Shown piece after piece: positions 56,747 to 64,000 of a stretch of 64,000 nucleotides of DNA. How positions within the stretch are numbered: position 1 is the stretch's first letter; every line of letters starts with the position of its first letter. The position numbers were made by a program, and so were the translations under genes. Origin of the DNA: an uncultured Gammaproteobacteria bacterium (GTDB lineage Bacteria; Patescibacteriota; Patescibacteriia; Magasanikbacterales; GWA2-37-8); the NCBI GenBank assembly GCA_964596525.1, contig CAZQUL010000001.1, forward strand, positions 76,830 to 140,829. Reading direction: 5' to 3'. The notes beneath the pieces are model-generated. The model had not been told where the DNA came from. It did not search any database and saw only the letters and a list, made by a program, of their open reading frames with translations.

Positions 56747-56968
56747 CGCGCATCTGCGGCGGAGTGCTTGCACTCGTGCAGCCGGTGCGCTTTTTTACAC
56801 CGACATCCTTTGTCTTTTCCGAAACTCTCAAAATCTTTTCAACAGGTACCTCAAAATACCCGGACGGGCATGGTATGGTTCCAAGAGGTCTCCAAAGAAA
56901 CGGATGCGGTGTTGCACTGCACCATCCACCATACCGAACCGAAGTTGTTTTCAAGCGAGGAGGGTTCC

Positions 56969-57280
56969 ATGAAACGCCCGAATCGACCCGCACGTTCTCG
57001 CACTGGAATTACAGGCTTCCTTATTGCTCTCTCCCTAACCGCAGTTATGTTCTGGGGGTGGTATGCCTGCAACCAAGAGAAGAGCAAATTCCGTGACTGC
57101 CAAGCTCCGCTTGAGAGTAGAAATCGCTTTGCCGACCCGATTACCGGCACGTGTGGAGTGAGACAGGGGCGCAAACTCTTTCCCGGTACACGCGAGGCTT
57201 GTGCCAATATCCTACAAGAATTGTACTTCCGACCAATCCGTCATTGTTGGGATGGCAAGCTGCCGGATCTTGGAAAGTAA
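56969..57280 (+). CDS. small Cys-rich membrane-anchored protein
   Basis: GAGGAGGG RBS. TM helix ITGFLIALSLTAVMFWGWY. 6 Cys. Confidence 0.45.
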   Translation: MKRPNRPARSRTGITGFLIALSLTAVMFWGWYACNQEKSKFRDCQAPLESRNRFADPITGTCGVRQGRKLFPGTREACANILQELYFRPIRHCWDGKLPDLGK

Positions 57281-57362
57281 CGAAGTGCCGCTTCAAAAAA
57301 ACTTGAACTATCACAGCGCTCCCGTGACCGAGCCGCCAGCTCCCATCATCGGGCGCGCTTTT

Positions 57363-57746
57363 TTAAATCTGATTTTTCTTTTCAAGCTCAGCAAATTCTT
57401 GTCTAGCACACACTATGTCTTCTTTAATGCGGGCCATTAAATTTTCGATCGTCGTAAACTGTTCGAGATCACGCAGCTTGGTAAGCAACGCAACATTCAT
57501 ACTGCTACCGTACACATCGCGATCGAAATCTAGGATATGCACCTCGACGCTCGGGAGGCCATTCGGCAGCTTCCACATATCGATGACGGCAAGACCTTTA
57601 AACCACTCTCCATCGTACTCGACAAAGCATATCCAGATGCCAGACTCGGGTGAAACGGAGGACTCGTAGGCGATGTTTGCAGTCGGGTAGCCGATCTGCC
57701 GTGCTTCGCCTTTGCCACGCACGACAACTCCTTGAAGGTAAGCCAT
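57363..57746 (-). CDS. monofunctional riboflavin kinase
   Basis: GVVVRGKGEARQIGYPTANI motif, typical of a RibF C-terminal-like kinase domain. Confidence 0.8.
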   Translation of the reverse strand: MAYLQGVVVRGKGEARQIGYPTANIAYESSVSPESGIWICFVEYDGEWFKGLAVIDMWKLPNGLPSVEVHILDFDRDVYGSSMNVALLTKLRDLEQFTTIENLMARIKEDIVCARQEFAELEKKNQI

Positions 57747-57902
57747 AAGAAATGACGTAAAAACTAGCCATGGTCAATAATAACAGGCACGAACTTAATC
57801 GTATACACCTACCACTAAACAAGTGCAGAATACTTGACGAAAAGCTCTTTTTAAGGTAGTATATCGAGTTCCGTAAAAACCCGACCATTGAAAGGAGAAC
57901 GC

Positions 57903-58319
57903 ATGCGCACGCTATTTGTTTCGTACACCGGGATCGCCCTGGCCATCAACCAAGGCACTTTAGCGCCGCTGGATGTGACGGATCCGAACGCCCTCTTCTA
58001 CCTCGGCTGCGCCCGGGAACCGCTCATGAACGACCTGGACGTACTCACGAGAACCGTCTACCCCAACGATCCAGCACGCGCGCGCGAAGTTCGCGCGCTC
58101 GTGGTGGGCGCCGTTCTCAAGGCCGAGCAGGAGGGGCGTGTGGCCTGGCGCAAGGAGAGAACCATGGGCCACTACGAAGACGTGCACAAGCTGCTCATCG
58201 CGAATGGGCTGCCTGGCATCGATCAGAGCCGACTCAGTATAACGCTCGGCACATACCACCCTGCCCTCATGAGCCGGATCGTCGAGGAGCTCGGGATTCC
58301 CGTACGGGTCGTGTACTAG
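57903..58319 (+). CDS. hypothetical protein
   Basis: AAAGGAGA RBS then ATG at 57903. Confidence 0.5.
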   Translation: MRTLFVSYTGIALAINQGTLAPLDVTDPNALFYLGCAREPLMNDLDVLTRTVYPNDPARAREVRALVVGAVLKAEQEGRVAWRKERTMGHYEDVHKLLIANGLPGIDQSRLSITLGTYHPALMSRIVEELGIPVRVVY

Positions 58320-58432
58320 CAAAGCGCCGCCCAGGAAGGCCATAAGCCTTCGGGGCGGCGCGTTTTTGTTTGCACGCTTAACATAAATTACAAAAGAAGC
58401 GTTAGAGCGCTTCTTTTGTTTTTTAACTGATA

Positions 58433-59725
58433 TTAAGCAGCTTTGCGCAATCCAGCATTTGCAGCATTCTGTTGGGGCGGCGACGCTTTTTTAGCGGGCA
58501 TAGAAGCAGGTTCAGCGACTTTTCTGGAATTCTTAATAGCTTCGTGTTCTTTTTTGACCGTATCGACATCGCGGCTGTAGGCGCGAGCTAAATTTTTAGC
58601 TTCTTCTTTAAGACCCTTTAGACCTTCACGATATGTAGCAGCCAAAACCGGAAAATCTTTTACGCGCTCAAGAACGTCCGTGATAGCACTAATTTTATTT
58701 TCCAATTTAAGCGCTTGTTTCTCAAACGTAATCGTCAAATCAAATAATTCCAGATCAAGAGCCGTGGGCGTAATGGCTTTTTCGTAGTCACCGCGCGCTT
58801 TAGCAAATTTAGCATCGCGTTCACGCGGCAATTTTACATCCATTTCATGGCGCAATTCCACCAGACGCGAGCGCTCCGGATACACCTTGGGAAAACCAGC
58901 GGCACGGAACTTTTCGTACATATCAGCCCATTCTTTGTACGCAGCGTCCATTTTTTTGTTGAACTCTGTGTTTATGTTTCCTTGTTGTGATTCAAAATCC
59001 TCCAAAGCTTGTTTGAGCGCTTCAGGATCAAGTTCAAAGGTATCGCTGCGGCGCATGATATTTTTTTCAAAACGCACCCGGGCGCGCTCAATGTCGGCCG
59101 AGCGCTTCTTTTCAGCGCGCGCGATTTCAACGTTGACTTCCCGCACCTCAGCCTCGAGCGCGCGTTCTTGCTCGGCGTTAGCAACGGCTTTACCAAGCAA
59201 TTCTTGGCGCTTGTTTTCTAAAGAAGAAATGCTCTTGTCCGATTCAACAAGAATCTTCTCGACCTGAGCATCGTATGCCACAGCATCACGCTTGTCGGCT
59301 TTTTCGTCGGGAGTGTCTTCGTCGTCGATGACTTCTAGCAAGTCCGAAGAGAGTTCCGGAAGATCTTCGTACTCGTCGACTTCTTGCTGGAATTTTTGGT
59401 CAACCATGACTTTGTCAGCGCGCGAATCGACGGTAAGCTGATAATCCCTATCAACGACTACCTTATCGCCATGTGGCGGAAGTGACAAAGTATACTCTTT
59501 GTCAATTATAACTTTAGCATCTCCGGCAGCATCCTTGGCAGGTTTTTTATCCTCGATAGTTCCACTCACAATCTCAAAAGAATCATAATCCAAATCCTCG
59601 TTTTCACTCTCAAACGCAGCCGCTTTCTGCGGCGCTTTCTCTTTTTTTGCCTGCGCGCGCTCCGCGGCCATATCCGCATCCGGCTCGCTAAAATCAAACT
59701 TGTTATCAATGGATTCCCCCGCCAT
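58433..59725 (-). CDS. Lys/Glu/Asp-rich coiled-coil protein, unknown function
   Basis: 430 aa with heptad-like charged repeats. No enzymatic motif. Confidence 0.55.
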   Translation of the reverse strand: MAGESIDNKFDFSEPDADMAAERAQAKKEKAPQKAAAFESENEDLDYDSFEIVSGTIEDKKPAKDAAGDAKVIIDKEYTLSLPPHGDKVVVDRDYQLTVDSRADKVMVDQKFQQEVDEYEDLPELSSDLLEVIDDEDTPDEKADKRDAVAYDAQVEKILVESDKSISSLENKRQELLGKAVANAEQERALEAEVREVNVEIARAEKKRSADIERARVRFEKNIMRRSDTFELDPEALKQALEDFESQQGNINTEFNKKMDAAYKEWADMYEKFRAAGFPKVYPERSRLVELRHEMDVKLPRERDAKFAKARGDYEKAITPTALDLELFDLTITFEKQALKLENKISAITDVLERVKDFPVLAATYREGLKGLKEEAKNLARAYSRDVDTVKKEHEAIKNSRKVAEPASMPAKKASPPQQNAANAGLRKAA

Positions 59726-59853
59726 ATGATTATGATTAATAATAGTAAGATTAGTTTAGCATATTCAGCCGCAGTTTGGCACCGCTAAAAATATACTAAA
59801 CTGCTCAGATTACTACGCTTACGAACAAAAATCAAGACCTCAGGTGATTAGTT

Positions 59854-60276
59854 TTACCCTAAAAAATGAGCCATCTTTGTCATATCCCCGTCTAAAATTC
59901 GCGGCTGCATCGCCTGCAATTCATCGGCATATCCCATAGCAGGGAGCGGGTAGAGCGCAAAGATAGGCTTGTCGAGCACATGCGCAAAGCCCATTTCAAG
60001 AAACGTATTACCCCCGATGTAACCGGGAATGCCTTTGCGTTCGTTATTGATGACGAGAATAGCATCACCTGCTTTGATTTTTTCGTAATGCGCGCGAATA
60101 AGATCGTGCGTCACTTTTTCCTGGGCGGATTCAACATGTTTTTTCTCGGCACCTTCTGTAATATAATCTTCCACAAAAAGCGGTAGAACAGGCTCGTGTC
60201 CGAGTTTTTTGATCGTTTCGCTTGCCACGAGCATGTCTTTGGCAGCGGTCATGCTGCCGCAGATGATGATACGCAT
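59854..60276 (-). CDS. nucleoside 2-deoxyribosyltransferase-like (flavodoxin-like fold) protein
   Basis: MRIIICGSM...ILVINN...GYIGGNTFLEMGFAHVLDKPI pattern. Confidence 0.4.
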   Translation of the reverse strand: MRIIICGSMTAAKDMLVASETIKKLGHEPVLPLFVEDYITEGAEKKHVESAQEKVTHDLIRAHYEKIKAGDAILVINNERKGIPGYIGGNTFLEMGFAHVLDKPIFALYPLPAMGYADELQAMQPRILDGDMTKMAHFLG

Positions 60277-60286
60277 ACGTTAAAAA

Positions 60287-60610
60287 TTATTCCGCCGATT
60301 CCAAAAACACTTTCTTCACAAAACTTCCACGCGCTTTTTTCCGCTCTTCATTGACACGCGCGATTTCCGCCGCATCGAGACCGAATGCGGCAATAATACA
60401 TTCAAGAACTTCTTGTACGTCACCAACTTCTTTTACCATCTCTTCGTGCCCACCACGACTGTCGCGGAGTTCCGCTGCTTCCTCGACGATTTTTTTGAGA
60501 AGCGCGATTTTATAGTCGTCATCATTTAAAATCCGTGATACGCACTTTTTACCTTCGCTCTCAAAGATGGCGGGGATGTTGTCGCGGACGAGTTTGTTGT
60601 AAATAGTCAT
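60287..60610 (-). CDS. MazG/HisE-like nucleotide pyrophosphohydrolase (small all-alpha NTP-PPase)
   Basis: KLVRDNIPAIF...EEAAEL...EVGDVQEVL motifs. Confidence 0.65.
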   Translation of the reverse strand: MTIYNKLVRDNIPAIFESEGKKCVSRILNDDDYKIALLKKIVEEAAELRDSRGGHEEMVKEVGDVQEVLECIIAAFGLDAAEIARVNEERKKARGSFVKKVFLESAE

Positions 60611-60619
60611 ATGAAAAAA

Positions 60620-61867
60620 TTAATCAATGGAATTTCCCGCCACGTAGCCAGTTGTCCAACACAGCTGCAGTGAATATCCACCGGATGGACGGTTGATATG
60701 CAGAAGATCGCCCGTGACGTAGAGGTTAGAAATAATTTTCGAGCGCATGGTTTTGTTGTCGATTTCTTTGAGGACCACTCCCCCGTCGGCAACTACCGCG
60801 CGTTCATAGCCCATGAGCCCTTGCACGGTGAGTGGAAGTTTTTTGAACAGTTCGGCGAGCATCTTACGCTGCTCTTTTTTTACGCTATGGACTTTGGTTT
60901 CGGGGTCGATGAACGTGACGAGCCGTGCCAACGAACGCGCCGTGCCAGGCGGCACGAGAAACGGGAGTACGTTCGCGAATGTTTTATTTTTATGTTCGTC
61001 GAACACCGCGGTGATATGCCGATCGAGCGCGCCAACGTCGAGCGTTGGGTGGAGGTCGATCGCGGCCGTAACCGGACCTTCGTGCAAAAGATCTGCTACG
61101 CGGCGGGCAGCGTTCAGAATGAGCGGGCCGGAGATGCCGAAATGCGTACAGAGGATTTTTCCTTTGAGGAAAAATTTCTTTGTTTGGTCGACGAAAAACG
61201 TTATTTTTACATTGTCGAGCGCAACGCCCGAAAGATCTTTTATCCACGTTTCGGCAATTGCGAGTGGCACGAGATTGGGGGTCGGGGTCTCGACCGTGTG
61301 GCCGAGATTTTTAAGCCAGGCAAACCCATCGCCGGTCGAGCCGGTTTCGGGGTGCGAGGCGCCACCGGTCGCGAAAATAAAGGAACGCGCTGACCATTCC
61401 TTATTCTGCGCGATCACGTTTCTGATGATTCCGTCCGTAAAATTAATTTTGGTGACCGGCGCATTCGTTATGACCTCAACGCGACCGTGCTTGAGATAGT
61501 CAACCAGGATTTTTACAACATCCGGCGCGCGTTCGGTGACAGGGAACGCGCGCTTGTTGTCTTCGATTTTGAGCTTAAGGCCGTGCGATTCGAAAAACTC
61601 GAACGTATCTTTGACGCCGAACTGTATGAACGGGGCATGCAAAAAACCTTTCGCGGTTCCGTAGTGGGCGAGGAGAAGATGGATAGATTCTTCGGCGTTG
61701 GTGATATTGCACCGTCCACCGCCGGTGATAGCGAGCTTTTGTCCGAGCGCGGGATTTTTTTCGAGGATAAGGACTTTTTTTCCGCGCTCGGCCGCACGTC
61801 CCGCAGCCATCATGCCCGAAGCTCCACCGCCAATGACAATGACGTCGTACATAGGAGAATAAATCAC
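60620..61867 (-). CDS. HI0933/BaiN-family FAD-dependent flavoprotein
   Basis: DVIVIGGGASGMMAAGRAAERG FAD fingerprint and the family C-terminus. Confidence 0.85.
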   Translation of the reverse strand: MIYSPMYDVIVIGGGASGMMAAGRAAERGKKVLILEKNPALGQKLAITGGGRCNITNAEESIHLLLAHYGTAKGFLHAPFIQFGVKDTFEFFESHGLKLKIEDNKRAFPVTERAPDVVKILVDYLKHGRVEVITNAPVTKINFTDGIIRNVIAQNKEWSARSFIFATGGASHPETGSTGDGFAWLKNLGHTVETPTPNLVPLAIAETWIKDLSGVALDNVKITFFVDQTKKFFLKGKILCTHFGISGPLILNAARRVADLLHEGPVTAAIDLHPTLDVGALDRHITAVFDEHKNKTFANVLPFLVPPGTARSLARLVTFIDPETKVHSVKKEQRKMLAELFKKLPLTVQGLMGYERAVVADGGVVLKEIDNKTMRSKIISNLYVTGDLLHINRPSGGYSLQLCWTTGYVAGNSID

Positions 61868-62029
61868 TTACCGGGTAACTATAACGGATTTCTACTGATC
61901 ATTCTAGTTTGAACGGCTAATTTGCATGTTTCCCCAAACGCATTGCTATCCCGAACCATTGACTTTTATCCTGTTTTACTGTCTACTATTACCCATCCAG
62001 CACTGCGCTGCGATATACGGAGAAGAACC

Positions 62030-63039
62030 ATGACCAACCATCTGGCCACGCTCGGGTTTATCGGTTTGTTGCTTGGCGGTTGTAACGCTACCGATTCTAC
62101 CCGTGGGCCTGCCAGAATGATATTGCGTCCGGCACGCGCGTTGACGATTTGACCCCGTTTGCATCTACCTGCGCCTACTTCGAACAGTGCGCGCAGCGGG
62201 ATTGGCAAATCGATATTTCCGACGCTGCCTGCGCACAACCACTCCCCCTTCCTGCCGGAATGACAATCATCGGCAATGGGTGCCGGGGTGCCGACGGGGC
62301 CATCCACGTGTTCACACCGGCCGGATCTTCGTTCACAAGCAACACCTGCGTTGCCAGTCAATCGGCGAACATCCGCGAACAAAACTACCTACCCGCCATC
62401 GGCATAGATGGACTAGCCGGTATGGATCCTAAGAGCTTTAGGGATTCATTGTGGTTTAGAGATCTTATTGAGGCTTCGCTTCTCGTGAAGCGCGCAGGTG
62501 CCTACAGCGCATCTGTTGGCCTCACCCTCTTCCTGCCGATCGATTGCAACGGCGATGGTAAATTCTCGCAGAGCGATGATGACATTGCCGTGAGCTCCAT
62601 GACACTCGTTTCTTGGTCAAATGACGGTTGCGGTATGATCCGCGCTAGCAGTTACGACACCAGACCAAAAGGTCGCAACACCTGCGGCTGGGATCAGTTT
62701 TACGGCTACCTTGCCCGTGCCGGAATGCTCTCCGGCACGCAAATCACGAAGTGCGCGTTAAGCGCCCGCACAGACGACTACACAAGCTGCGAGTATGGCG
62801 CCTATCGGACCGGACTTGAAGACCTACCGTCTGAGGCGCGGATTTTTTCTGGAGCACAGCTTGAGGGTATTACATGCGGGCTTCCGGTAGGCATGGCACT
62901 CCCGAGCGCACTTGTGCACCTAGGAAGCGAATCGGACGTTGGGATGACAAGGGAGCAACATCTCGTCATCGAAAAATTTGGGCTTGCTACTACGCCCCAC
63001 CGGTCAACCTTCCTTTTCGATAAAAGATCTTTGCGCTAG
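62030..63039 (+). pseudogene. Cys-rich lipoprotein gene interrupted by a frameshift (or two-ORF arrangement)
   Basis: Signal-peptide/lipobox ORF (62030-62152) ends 4 nt after a 296-aa Cys-rich ORF in the +1 frame opens at 62122. The second ORF has no signal peptide or ATG. Confidence 0.45.
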
Positions 63040-63150
63040 ACTTACAGCACCCCATCTCAAGGGGTGTTTTTTATCCTTGACTTTTCGACTGTTTAAGTGT
63101 TTACTATGGCGCGTCTGGCTTTAAGGTGGGAAAACCCAAGGAGAAGCACT

Positions 63151-63861
63151 ATGCGGAGATACTTTGCGATGTTGTTTCTTTCCGGATTTCTGCTGACCAG
63201 CTGCGGACACGACGGATCACCGTCCACGTCCAATTACGACGCGGATAGAGACGGGGTGCGGCTGTTTACCGATCTATGCCCCGATCTGCCGGGTGTGGCG
63301 GGCAATGCCGGCTGTCCGCACGATCTCAAAGATTTGCCCTGCACCCTTTTTGATGTGGGGAAATTCAGCGACGCGCATATTCCCCGGTCAGCGCGGCGAT
63401 TCTGCGATCCTCATCTGAAAGGAAAAGATCCCCGCGCTTTCAAACCGACGATCGACAACTGGGGTCACTTCGATGGACCGGGTACCTGGGTGGTACAGGA
63501 AGATATAAAATTTCCCGGCTTTGCGACTCTTGTATTCCCGGTCGCTGCACCCGTCCGGGTCTACGGTCGACTCGTGTGGAAGCTCACCGACGGAACGAGC
63601 GGCGCAACGGACTGGGTCTCGAAAAGCACGAGTTATGTGTTACCCGAGGACATTGAAAGCGTCCGCGCCGAAAGCAAAAACGGTGCGGCGTGGGGAATGT
63701 GGGGGGTGGAGCTCAGTCACTGGCGACCCGTCTCCCTTGAGAATCAAAACCAAATTAAGCGGCTCGTAGAGTATTCTGGTTACGTGCCGTTCGCGGAATG
63801 GCACGACGGATACTACAAAAAGAACTGCTCTGTGATTACCACGGGACCGAACTGCCTGTAG
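63151..63861 (+). CDS. Cys-rich secreted lipoprotein with Asp-rich Ca-binding-like motif
   Basis: AAGGAGAAGC RBS. Signal peptide with lipobox LLTSCG. DADRDGVRLFTDLCPD (thrombospondin-type-3-like). Confidence 0.6.
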   Translation: MRRYFAMLFLSGFLLTSCGHDGSPSTSNYDADRDGVRLFTDLCPDLPGVAGNAGCPHDLKDLPCTLFDVGKFSDAHIPRSARRFCDPHLKGKDPRAFKPTIDNWGHFDGPGTWVVQEDIKFPGFATLVFPVAAPVRVYGRLVWKLTDGTSGATDWVSKSTSYVLPEDIESVRAESKNGAAWGMWGVELSHWRPVSLENQNQIKRLVEYSGYVPFAEWHDGYYKKNCSVITTGPNCL

Positions 63862-63989
63862 TGCACCGCGCGACGTGCTACCAAAACAAGCACCTTCACC
63901 AGGTGCTTTTGTAATATGACGGACGTTCTTATTTGACATGGTTGTGGCTATCATTTAAGGTCAAGGTGCTCTAACCAGGAGGAAGGATA

Positions 63990-64000
63990 ATGCGCGCACT
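63990..64000 (+). CDS. 5' end of an ORF running off the window
   Basis: GGAGGAAGG RBS then ATG at 63990. Confidence 0.3.

Overview
This 64 kb bacterial chromosomal window is about 57-60% GC, has a compact gene layout, and is dominated by a large ribosomal-protein operon on the minus strand. The operon runs tuf-rpsJ, then a gap, then rplC-rplD-rplW-rplB-rpsS-rplV-rpsC-rplP-rpmC-rpsQ-rplN-rplX-rplE-rpsN(Zn type)-rpsH-rplF-rplR-rpsE-rplO-secY. There is no room for rpmD (L30), and nothing after secY; both are consistent with, but do not prove, a Patescibacteria/CPR-like or similarly reduced lineage. Flanking housekeeping genes include asnS, tsaD, recO, ruvX, map, a yvcK-like gene, glmS with a GlmU-N-like nucleotidyltransferase, two HAD genes and a TrmB regulator, ruvA, a NIF3-like gene, a P-type ATPase, pirin, ribH/ribE/riboflavin kinase, and several nucleotide 'house-cleaning' enzymes (DNPH1-like, HD, MazG-like, Ndt-like, Nudix/NrtR-like). 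RNA genes are tRNA-Leu(TAA), tRNA-Met(CAT) and an adjacent degenerate tRNA-Met-like copy. No rRNA, CRISPR array, integrase or prophage was seen. Features not explained by routine annotation: (1) a consensus sigma70-type promoter and an intrinsic-terminator hairpin inside a 385-nt gap between rpsJ and rplC, i.e. an S10-leader-like attenuator placed before L3. (2) A three-copy 108-142 bp MITE-like repeat with perfect 12-bp terminal inverted repeats GTCATTGCGAGG/CCTCGCAATGAC. (3) A tandem array of five paralogous small Cys-lipoprotein genes, one carrying an in-frame TAA followed in the same frame by the conserved family C-terminus. (4) An about 400-nt promoter-to-terminator structured RNA or leader upstream of a small secreted-peptide gene. 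(5) Several gene sets of unknown function: two large ORFs next to the tRNA-Met locus, an acidic paralog pair downstream of a TrmB palindrome, and a lower-GC 323-aa ORF. Many long ORFs in the six-frame track are antisense shadows of real genes in this high-GC DNA and were rejected.
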